Below the pieces are notes generated by a model that saw nothing but the letters and a program-made list of their open reading frames with translations, searched no databases and had not been told where the DNA came from. Shown here one piece after another: positions 53,214 through 64,000 of a DNA stretch of 64,000 nucleotides (the first letter of the stretch is position 1; the number at the start of each line of letters is the position of its first letter). The stretch is from Mizuhopecten yessoensis (lineage: Eukaryota): contig NW_018408821.1 of assembly GCF_002113885.1 (NCBI RefSeq), forward strand, positions 1,238,135-1,302,134. Direction: 5' to 3'. The translations under genes and the position numbers were made by a program.

Positions 53214-53335
53214 TAGTCCGAATTATTCTGACGTTTTATCGACTTTTTTCATATCGGTCTGTCGTCGATTAACGACGTTAATGGACGACAGACCGATATG
53301 AAAAAGTCGATAAAACGTCAGAATAATTCGGACTA
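53214..53335. mobile_element. 122-bp palindromic MITE with 9-bp TSD (AcademH-like or Mutator-like)
   Basis: TAGTCCGAATTATTC...GAATAATTCGGACTA, flanked by TAAATGGGG at 53205-53213 and 53336-53344. Confidence 0.9.
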
Positions 53336-53349
53336 TAAATGGGGCTACC

Positions 53350-53412
53350 GGTTGGTTGGGTTGGGTGCATAGGGTTTAACGTCCTATAAACAGCAAAGAT
53401 CATTTAAAGAGA
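53350..53412 (-). mobile_element. SINE 3' tail fragment
   Basis: GTTTAACGTCCTATAAACAGCAAAGATCATTTAAAGA is the reverse complement of the shared SINE tail. Confidence 0.6.
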
Positions 53413-54989
53413 TGGGTTTGGTTTAGCACGTACATATTTCTATAATTTATGCAAAGACAAACCTTATTGCCCGAGCATTACATATTAAGATTGATCCCAA
53501 CTTGGCTCTAATTGACACCTCATACAAAAATGTGCAAGAAATCGCTCTTTCATTTTGTAAATAACCTTGGCGCAGTTATAAGGCATCATATAGTCGACAA
53601 TACTGACAAGACCAATGCTGAACCGTGCCAAGTCATCAAACTGCTCGGCTCGACCGATTCTAAGTTCACACTGTTAAAGGTTAAGCAACGAGGTCTAAAA
53701 AACTTATTTATCAAACATTATTTATAAAAAGCTGAAGGCCGGAACTAGTAAAGAAGTGATATCACAAAACGCCCGTTAACTTTTGACCGGAAACAACTGC
53801 CGGAAAAGTGTCACACAAACCCTAATATTCCTATAGGGGGAAAAGGCCCACTGCATTTGGTTCATAAGGTCAAGGAAAGAGTCCATGACAAGCGCTGACA
53901 TCTTGTGGTTGCAGGGAAATATCTTAACTAGGCGCTGTCAAATGTAAACTCTGGATTTTTTTTTGTAAACTCAGCATTTTATAAAAACAATATTTCAACT
54001 ATTTCGATTGTCTTATTATTTATACTCCCATCAATTTTTTCCTACGAATGAGTTAATCCCTTCTCAGGAATACAAATATCGTTAGTGAAATCTAGTTAGA
54101 GTGCTTTGGATACGTGTAACATATATACCTAATGCGTTACTATAACGATTAGCTTAAAAAGTTATTTCTGATATGAAACTGCTCTTACGTATCTATATTC
54201 TATATTCCTTCTTACACCGTGATCGTGATAAACATTTATTTAATTGACCTGTATATTACACTATTTACCAGACCGCTTAGTTTATATGTTAAAAAGACGT
54301 GTTTTTATACAAATAATGCTTATTAAAGTTACGTTATTATTATGTAAACAATGAATTCTATAGAGATTATAGCGGTAACGTCATATTCTATAAATTATTA
54401 TAAATTAATGTCATAATAAAATTACTCGATTTTATAAGAAATATATGTTGCTGGTTTATTTTAAATATACCTACCAACGTTATCTGACAAACTGTAACAA
54501 TATGCCAGAAATCTAGCAGTTGTAAGTCCAATATCAGATATACTTGCTAATTTCTCATGTGTTTTCAATTTTCTTTTCGTATCGTGTAAGGTTTCACTAT
54601 TGTACAATTCAATTTATTACCAAATGCACATTGCATATAGGCGTACAGAAATATACATATAGATAAATACTTTACAAATAGCTTGTACAATGGCGGTGAA
54701 CATATGCAATAGATTCAATTCCATACATAAGCATTACAAATTTATGAAATAGTCATAAGTTGGGGAAAAAAATAAGGTTTTCCTAAGGTAACTTAGCGGA
54801 CTCTTGTGAAGCATAATTTAGTTGTTTATGATAAAGCCTTAATCTAACCAAATTTCTAGGAAATAACAAAACTTCAAAGTCAATCATACATCCTCAACAT
54901 GAAGATAGAACGAGTACTATATATTATATAATGAAATGAGATTATACTCATTGTGAAGTAAAAGACATAGATCTCAATCGCATTATACA

Positions 54990-57817
54990 GTAACAAAACG
55001 TTTATTTCATGATATTTGACTTCTCTTAACAGTTGCTTGAATCAAGTACTTACTTAAATTTCTAATAAGTGTAAAAAAAATGCTAGCCAGTAGCTCTATT
55101 AATTTAAACACAGAAGGACGAATACGATAATATGGCTTGATATACGATACTCTTAATTCTAAAGAAACTCATCCTCGACATCTCCAAGATCACATAAAGT
55201 ACACAATCTCTGGTTTCAAGGCACTGCATTATATCTACCTGTCTCTATATTAAGGTTATGTGCTTGCAATCTATATTTCGCAAGAATACATTTATTTTTT
55301 CTAAAAAGCGGTTTTGTAAAATACCATTGTATATCAAAACGGTCAACAATGTGTTTATACAACAAACATTTTGAAGATGTTTTGAATATGTTTCCCATTT
55401 CCTGAATAAAAGTATAAATTCTACGCTGTATATGCAAAGGGTAACGACCAAGTTCAAAATATACCATGGCATTATTTACTGTTTTCCTGACACCCAATAA
55501 GGTTTTCAAAAATAATAAATGTATATTTTCAATCTGCGGTGCAGGACTATAACCCCATACTTCACACCCGTAATTTACAATACATGATATATAAGTATCA
55601 AATAAAGATAACTTGGTCTTTTCATTCAACAAAAATATTTTCGCTTTCCGATTAAGAAGAAAATAAGCTTTCCTTCCTTGTACAGCAATGTTATTCAATG
55701 TAATGGTAAATTTACCATTATAATTAAAAACCAAACCTAAATAGCAAAATTGATCTACCACTTCTATAGCTTAACATCAAAAATCCACTGCTCGTTTGGA
55801 TACAATCGTTTACTTTTCCTAAAACCAATTATTTTTGTTTTGTCTACATTTACAGATAAATTCCAACGTCGAGAATAAGTGATTAAAAAATCCAACATAT
55901 TTTGGAGGTCAACAACATACCCAGAAAAAAACACCGTGTCATCGGCATACATGATTAAAAACAAATTAAGTAATTGCAAGTGATAACTTTGGTAATTTGA
56001 CTTAATCAATTCGAATTCCATGTCGTTGACAAATAAAGAAAACATTATTGGAGATAAAGATTCTCCTTGTAATAATCCGACCTGTAAGTCGTACATAGGA
56101 GATAATTAACCATGAAACTTTCCACATGACTCTCGTATATAGATTAATTTCCACAATTTGCACCACAATTGATTAAGTGATATACTATCAAACGCTTTTC
56201 TATAGTCTACGAAAACAAAATAAAGCTTTTTATAACTCTGTAACGTTTTAGTAATCAAGGTATTAAGTACAAAAAATGTATCTCTGGTACCACTCCCGGG
56301 CTTAAAACCAAACTGAGCATATGTAATTACATTCTCGCTTTCGCTCCACTTTAACATTCGTTTAAGAGTGATGTAAATAACTTGGCCATATGACTTACTA
56401 ACGTGATTCCCCTATAATCATTTACGTCGTTTTTATCACCTTTTTATGCAGAGGTATAACAACTCCTTCTGATCAAGCTTAAGGAAAGTGTCCTACCTGT
56501 AATATAGTATTAAACAATTGTTGGAAAACTGGTGCAATAACATCAATACACTCAATAAAATATTCATTAATGACATTGTCTAAACCGGCGGATTTACCTT
56601 TGGATGACCCTTTCATTGAAACTAAAAATTCATCAAGACTGAAATCGTCATCAAGCTTAGGGTAAATACATTCGTTATCAACTTCAACTTGCTCAACATT
56701 GACGGGAGAAAAGTCAACTGAATTGTTGGCAATATCTTTAAAATATTGGTAAAAATAATTTAAAACCAGATTTCTGAAATCACAAGTCTTACGTCTAGAA
56801 AAATTACTTTAAAGAAAATTTGGGATCATTTTTTCTCAAAATGTCTTACATATCGCCTTCATTCCAAAGAAAAGATCTCTTCACCCTCCCTTCGTAGGTC
56901 CTGTATTTCTTCTTTTCACAAACCAAGTTTTCTCTATTGCTAACAGTTCTACATATATTAAAAGATCTTAAAGCGTTTCTATATATTCTACGTAAACGTT
57001 TACATTCGTTATCAAACCATGGTTTGTCAGGTTCCTTGACATTACGTCTCGACTTCTGATGACAAGAACAATTACAAGTACGTATACGTTTCTCGAAGCA
57101 GCAAGACTTGTCAAAAATAGAGTGAACATTGTTAACCAGTACTTCCAAACATTTGTCAATACTGTCCGTAGTATTCTCTAAGGTATTCAATGAATTTGCA
57201 ATTAATGCCCTGTTTGCATTCATAGAATCAGCAGTATTTACTCTTATTTCTTCTGTCCAGTACACAGACTTAGTAGTACTAAACATATTACTGAAGTCAC
57301 AACAATTACAAATATGAGTGTCTGCTTTTAAGGTGAAAAACAATGGCGCGTGGTCAGAATATTCATTAAAATCACAAATATTACAATTTTGAACCTGGTC
57401 CAAATAATGGCCATGAGCCAGTACATAATCAATTGTACTTGTACCTAAGGCGTTATAAAACGTAAATTTACCTTCGATATCACCAGTCGTCCGACCATTT
57501 AATATTCGAAAACCAGTAGTCTTACACATTTGCAAAAGACGACGCCCAAATTGGTTAACAAAAACATCTTCAGAATTACGAACACTTTCACCAACTTCAT
57601 CCTCATAGGGTATCACATTATCTATAACCTGATGTAAACTATCATGTAGAACATCAAATGGAATAAAGTCAGGCTCTCTACCAGTTCTACTTTTGAGATC
57701 ACCAGTGATAAATACGTGACCCACACAGCTGAATTTGGCAATTCCAATTTCCAATACATCAAACATATTGACATCATAACTATCATACATAAAATGTTGC
57801 CCTTTCTCATACAACAC
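54990..57817 (-). mobile_element. Decayed, 5'-truncated LINE ORF2 (APE endonuclease + RT), RTE-X-like (tentative)
   Basis: Endonuclease motifs GDLKSRTG, ILNGR, STIDY, SDHAP and linker PWFDNEC. RT motifs QFGF, FVDYRKAFDS, GLLQGESLSP, YADD. C-terminal ELGRYPL and LNIETGRY. Split by frameshifts and stops. Confidence 0.93.
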
Positions 57818-59317
57818 CTTCCTTCTTTAGTTTACTGTATATGATGAGATGTTTTAATGACATTTTGTAGATCACCTTGGAACCATTACTGGAAAACCAT
57901 GGAATACTCGGACAATCTGATAAAACATGTCTCGTGTGTTTTTACGCATTGCAAGAATGTGTTATATAGGGGGGAAACAGTAAGTCAAGAAATTGCTCGA
58001 TAGTTTCAACCATATAATAAAACTTTACGATACTGCATTTTACCATTTTATCACAAACACTGCGGTTTTCTGTTCTTGTTCATCTTATCATGGAGTGTAC
58101 ATGTGCTGTGGTATTGAAGGGACTACTAATTTCCAGAAAATCAATATTAAATCTTGATAGATATTCCCCACAAAACCCGAACCTACCTTTCATTATAACT
58201 TCACTTACCAAAACGCTTTGATTCCATCTGGTCAATACGTAGGGAAATAGTCAAATGCAAAAACAAACAAAAAGTTGATCAAGTTAATAAACGATATACC
58301 TTCTTAATGCCTCCAAAAAATTTCAAACCTTTTCAAATTTTAAACTCTTTACGATTATTTTCGTAAGTATAGCCGGGCAGTAGTGATATTTTAACAACAG
58401 TCAGTATATAAAGTTATGACAGTTTCTGCTGTCTAGAGTTTTGTGCGAGTTACGCCCCCTTACATCCCTATTTGAGTAAACGTATTTTATTGTAATTTTG
58501 TCATGCTAGAGAAGAAAACTTTGCAACCTTGCCCAGATTATCATGTCCTGATTTTGAAATAAGTATAACATCTCTACTACACTAATAAATACATAATGAA
58601 ACTAATAACGTGAGGCAATATGTATCTGATGCTGTCAGTAAGCGTATAAAATAACCTAAATACCGTACCGAATGAACTAAGATTCGTATCGTCTAAAAAA
58701 ATACATTGTAGATAAACAAAATCCCTGAGAAAGAAAAACGACAAAATAAAACTTTACTATTTAAGTGAATGCATCACATGTATTTGTGAAGCTTTTAATA
58801 CGATTTCAGTCACTGTCATTAATTCAGCGTCAGCACACTTCAAAGTTGTAGCGACATAAACCTTTCAGAATTGCTTACTGGCGAAATACTAACAGTATTT
58901 TGAACACAAATGATGTAACGCTAGGGAGTCAGTTTATTTCAAATAGCTGTAAAAACTCTGAATGACAGGTGTTTGGAGTACTACATATGTTTAGATAACG
59001 AAAAACATACATACCACAGTAATAGTTTGCATATCTGCAACGTTAACGTCCTGCGATATGTGTGGTATAACCTATTATCACATGGTAAGAAATAATTATT
59101 TATAAATAGAACTTGCCATATGATATAAATATAAATAAGAATAAAGGAAGTAAATCTTAACCTTTAGAAAAATAATCAAAAATGTACATCATGAAAACGA
59201 ATCATTAAATATATATTTCATTATCTACATCATGAACAAAAAATATATAGTATATGATTGACGCATTGGATAAGTCAGAAAAGAAGTTAATGTAATATTT
59301 ATCAGACCATTTGTCAA

Positions 59318-59323
59318 TATAAA
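59318..59323 (+). promoter_or_regulatory. Candidate TATA box of the secreted-protein gene
   Basis: TATAAA 78 bp upstream of the proposed ATG at 59396. Confidence 0.4.
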
Positions 59324-59395
59324 TGACAAAACATATGTTCATAATAATTGCAAACAGCAACACCTTTTCATATTGAATTACCGTATAATTAATAA

Positions 59396-59414
59396 ATGGT
59401 CTCCTGCTCTCAGT
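59396..59414 (+). CDS. Secreted Tyr/Lys-rich protein, exon 1 (MVSCSQ+1 nt)
   Basis: ATG GTC TCC TGC TCT CAG T|GTAAGA. The phase-1 donor matches exon 2 and completes a signal peptide. Confidence 0.65.
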
Positions 59415-59600
59415 GTAAGACAGTGTTCAATATTCCAATCAATATTATTCCGAAACTGATATCTATTTTTGCGGATTAACATTTTTTTCATGGTTTTTTT
59501 ATTATGATTTGTTTTTATTTAATTGGGGTTTTTTTGGGGGGGGGGGGGGGGTTCAGGAAAACAGAGTTCTTATTTAAAATTGTCTCTTTGTCTTTTTCAG

Positions 59601-60050
59601 CATGGCTGGCATTATTTTGTTTCGCTCTGTTAAGCTTCTGCTCATGTCAACAGCCAATTGTGTTTTCTTCTGGTCAAACCAATGCTTATTCTCCATATAA
59701 TGCAAGAGCCACGCAATATTCTTTACATAACAGTAAACCCAATAATTGGAAACGATATGGCAGTATACCAACTAGAGGTAAATACTATGGAAGCACGCAA
59801 ACTCAAAGCAAATACTATGGAAGCATGCAAACTCAAAGTAAATACTATGGAAACATGCAAACCCAAAGCAAATTCAAAAGAGGCAATTCTGTGAAGAAGT
59901 GGGGATCTTCATATTCTGCACAGAGTCAACAGCTAAATAACTATAAAGGATTTGTTAAACCGAAGGTGCTGTACAAGTCAGAAACTCTAAAGACAAAGCC
60001 ATACTCCTATAGACTTAGATCCGTTGGCAGAACTTTAATCGACCAATATC
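59601..60050 (+). CDS. Secreted Tyr/Lys-rich protein, exon 2 (signal peptide core + basic KYYG-repeat region)
   Basis: TCTTTTTCAG| acceptor, 450 nt open, |GTAAGT donor, phase 1-1. Hydrophobic WLALFCFALLSFCSC and in-frame 30-bp repeats at 59750-59869. Confidence 0.85.
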
Positions 60051-60413
60051 GTAAGTAGTCTATCAGCTTCACAAGGAAATAAGGTATTCTGGCATTTATA
60101 TAGATTCAACTTAAATCAAATTTTGCGTTTTTTTTTTTTTTTACAAGGTTTGTATTTTTTATCAAACAATGTTTATACTACGAATTATTTAACTTTCTAT
60201 AGTAGAGATTTATAAATGAAATGAAAGATATCATAATAAGAATTACATTTACATTTTTAAATCGTTTCAAAGCTTATTCTTAAAATTATATTTTTTAAGA
60301 ATATATGCGTGTGATCCTGCATTTCCTGCAAGATGCAGAATATCTTGATCAAAATGTTAGAACACCTTTCACACTCTCTCTCTCCGTGTCATATGGTTCA
60401 TTGTTTGTTTTAG

Positions 60414-60542
60414 TTCAAAACTACATGCCCTGGGACACGTGCACGGCGATGGTGACAAACACCATCAATACATTGTTTAATCCAACGTCCGATTTTATGA
60501 ACATCTTCATCAATGCTGGGGTTGACAACTGGTGCGGAAATA
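60414..60542 (+). CDS. Secreted Tyr/Lys-rich protein, exon 3
   Basis: TTGTTTGTTTTAG| acceptor, 129 nt open (LQNYMPWDTC...GVDNWCGN), |GTAAGT donor, phase 1-1. Confidence 0.8.
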
Positions 60543-60797
60543 GTAAGTACTTTGTGTAGTTCAGAAGGCATTGGATCCACATTTTTATAAATACATATTA
60601 ATAAATCTAAGTAATAAATCAATAAATTAAGTACATAGATAAATAAATAGTTTTTACAGATGTCTGTGAATATTTCCAAATATCTGTCATACCGAAATTA
60701 TTTTATAATTGACACTTATGGTGTATCAAATCCATTTTTATATTTTGGTATCCATGATTAAAATATATTTACTGACACTTTCTTCATTTTATTTCAG

Positions 60798-60877
60798 AAT
60801 TGTACGCTCTTCTCCAGCCAGTAATTTCCCCTTATACAGACAGGCTATTCGAGAACCTGGATCTTGCAAGGGATTAA
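60798..60877 (+). CDS. Secreted Tyr/Lys-rich protein, exon 4 (KLYALLQPVISPYTDRLFENLDLARD*)
   Basis: TTTTATTTCAG| acceptor. The phase-1 frame is open to TAA at 60875-60877. Confidence 0.72.
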
Positions 60878-61606
60878 AAGCGATTTTCATTTCTAACCGG
60901 AAATTATTAAACTTGACACTGGAAAATTAATGTGGTACATGTTCTCTATATATAACACATGCGTATTTACCATGGCTTTAATGGTATTTGAGCAACTGAC
61001 CAGAAGTGTTACTTTTTCTTGACAACAAGTGAGATTAATAACAGTATCTATGCGTAATTTTGGAGTCATTTTTAGCCTGGCTCATTGTAAATCGATTTTA
61101 AATGGCAATTATTATTATATTTTGATATTATTCCCGACAAGTGATTGGCCAGGTGTGCATCACGTGTTCACCGATAAAAAAAACCGATATTGACTTGGAG
61201 CGCGTGATTTCTGTTGAAGGACTGTGTGTTTCTAAAAATAGAATTATGACGTGTCTCCAAACAATGCACCGTCCCACTTTCGAAGCATTTTTGTTGTGGA
61301 ATTTTTCAGATTGCTTACATTACTGTTTTGTAAAATAATTAAACAATTGTAGCCTCTAACTTAGGTTAATACATCTTTTCTCGGGTTTATAAATCCAGGT
61401 ATCGACCTCAGCCAAAGGCTATAATTGAGTTACGTCTTTATATTTAGCACTTTGAAGGGATTTGACATTTTCATTAGTTAATTTTGGACGTTTTAACTCC
61501 CTTTCGGTTTATGTGTGTGGCTGCTGGAGTGAGTTCTCCACGTCACGAATAAACATGACTCGAGGAATGAACTTAATGCATAAAATGGATAGGAGTACTA
61601 TTGCAA

Positions 61607-61970
61607 TGACTTTTCCTAAAGAAGGTGAATTAAAAAATCTTGATTTTCCTACAGAAACTGAATGAAGGGTCTGTGTTCCCCGACAGAGAAATAATGTAGG
61701 ATCTTGGATTTTGTAATCAGAGTGAATGTATAAACGGGATGTAATATTTTGGTTTCGCTATATAAGTGAATGTAGGGTCTATATTTTCTACAGGAAAGGA
61801 AAGAAAAATCTTGATTTCTCTGCAGAAGCGGGATATAGGATCTGGGTTTCCTTATGAAAAGAAAATATAGGATGTTATTTTCCCAGCAGGAAGTGAATTT
61901 AATACAAGGAATACCTAAAGAAAATGAATGTAGGATCATGGTTTCCCAATAGAACCTGAAGGTTTGATCA
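61607..61970. repeat. Highly degenerate ~32-bp minisatellite
   Basis: About 11 units resembling TGATTTTCCTACAGAAAGTGAATGTAGGATCT. Confidence 0.65.
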
Positions 61971-64000
61971 GGATTTCGATATGGAATGCTTGCATGTGTT
62001 TCATGTGTACCTATTTTTCCATCGAAAAGTAAATGTGTATGATTGATGCGATTGTTTTCTATATAACGTAACTGTATGTGGCTGATTTGACGAAACAGTT
62101 CCCTACGTATATTGTATTTATATGGTTGTTGTGATGGGGGTTCACAAATTATATGAACATTTGTAGTTGTAGAGATTAGTTTTAGGTCATTCAGTGTACA
62201 TTCGTGACTGTTTTGATAGAAGTCCCTAAAGTAAATAAGTAGGTGCCGACAAAATGAGTTTTCCTCTGGAACATTGAAGTCTTCTGTCCAACACAAATAA
62301 TCCACAACACCTCAGATATCAGGATTCAATCTGTTGTATCCAAAAACAGAACAATGTATACAATGGTTTAACCTGTTTTACAGTGCGATTAATATAAACA
62401 CTATTTCATTTGAGGATTAACACTAAAATAATCTTTACACGAAACAAATAGATTCAAAGATCTTACAGTATCATGATGACAATAATCGGAATTTGACAAA
62501 TAACAGTACATATAGAAACACAACACAGAAAGAGCACAAAAGACATTGAACTATTTATTATCAATTATTTTTTAATCTTCCATAAAAAACGTGTAGAACA
62601 ACTCAATAAAGTAAAGCGTCAGAGGAACTAGGAGATTATTTAATAAATCTGCAAATTTACAATCGCAATCACTTCTTATGGTGTTGTAGTGATGTATCTA
62701 ATGTTAATTGTTAATATTAATCTAAATATAGGGATACTTTGTGCAAATTGTATGATTTTCGAGTTAAAAATAATTTATCACAAATATTATGAGTTTTGTA
62801 AATACGACGAATCAATTTACTAATAATACTGCTACTATGATAATGTAGTCACGTAAACATTAAACGGACATATCTTATTTCGTTACACTGTGGTATGTGA
62901 TATCTGACATTATTCCAGTCTTTTTACATATAGTGTTTCCTAGAATACCATAATATCTTAATTGACGTTACTTTCTATAGCAAGAATAGTGCATGTGTTT
63001 GTAGATGCAACAAAACCCCACTTCTTCAAAAGAAGCTTTACACACGATTTATCTTCATGTATCTAAACGAACAAAAACATCTTATAGATATAGGTCATCG
63101 CACAAACACCGGACTTACCATCAATAAATAATGTCCAATAGAGCATATGCTGGAAAATGTTTTATGTTTTTGATATGCGTTGAATATCACAAGCTTACTT
63201 CAAATTATGCAATTTATACATCGAGTGATAGTAAGCAAAACAAGATATATACATATACTTCCTTCAATAATAAATATCAATATGAATATAATGTATCTTA
63301 TAAAAAAAAAGACAAGAACTAAATAAAATAGCAACATTCATGGCAAATGTGAAACTACTGTGATATGATTTGATATTCCGACGGTATTTATTTGAAGTTT
63401 AACTTACGGATGGTATTAACCGGAATAAATGAGATTGGGTATGATGTTTATGTATTTGTTAATAAATAATTTGCTTATTGACACCGTTTTTTGTTTTGTT
63501 TTTCTGATTATTTATTTTTTAATCAAAAAGGTATGTCATTCAAGAACAACACGAAATCGACGACAGGCAGGGAGGACCATGATAACTTCGTTTCCTAATA
63601 GTCTGTGTTAGTATAGGTTACTGGTTAGTGCTGTTTAACCTTACAAGGGATTCTAATCATTTTGGTAATCGTTCACTATATTTGAGCGTCCATTATTTGC
63701 GGAAATCTGAATATTTAATTCATACCCTTTTTGGATCGGAAAGGATTACAAACTTTGATAAAATAATTGCAAGAAACTAAATGTCATGTCTTGGTCAGTT
63801 AAAATCTTTCACAGTTGGAATTCAAGCTATTATCCCGGGAAGATATCGAGGTTCAAACTCCGTCTATCCATGAGGCAATCGACAATCTGAGCAAGGAATG
63901 AAGACTGTTACGTGTAAAGTTGTCCATTACATATTCTTATCTGGTAATTTGATAAATTTTGGAAGACGAATGTCATCTGAATAATGACACATAAAATAAC

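Noticed and set aside
59082-59090. Alternative first exon ATG|GTAAGA for the secreted protein
   Set aside because: The phase-0 donor is incompatible with exon 2, which needs phase 1.
59504-59600. N-terminus of the 184-aa ORF (MICFYLIGVFLGGGGG...)
   Set aside because: This is intronic poly-T/poly-G sequence upstream of a strong acceptor at 59600. The spliced model gives a cleaner signal peptide.

Overview
AT-rich, repeat-dense eukaryotic DNA, most consistent with a bivalve mollusc (inferred from the SINE/LINE types and the neuropeptide; the species cannot be fixed from sequence alone). Two host genes are supportable. (1) A neuropeptide KY (NKY) prepropeptide with a single coding exon at 29900-30319(+), preceded directly by a splice acceptor. 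(2) A 4-exon gene at 59396-60877(+), which the ORF track shows only in pieces. It encodes a predicted 225-aa secreted, very basic, Tyr/Lys/Ser-rich protein with KYYG decapeptide repeats and a small 2-Cys C-terminal domain. The rest is intergenic or intronic: three tRNA-SINE types, L2-like and RTE-X-like LINE relics (a junction cluster at 44.3-47.6 kb and a decayed copy at 55-57.8 kb), foldback MITEs and many minisatellites. The most unusual structure is a class of palindromic elements with unrelated arms but a shared CTCGG/CCGAG hairpin cap. Two of them are circularly permuted and one is nested inside another, suggesting a recombinase/circle-type (Crypton-like) mobility. Most short ORFs in the track are spurious.
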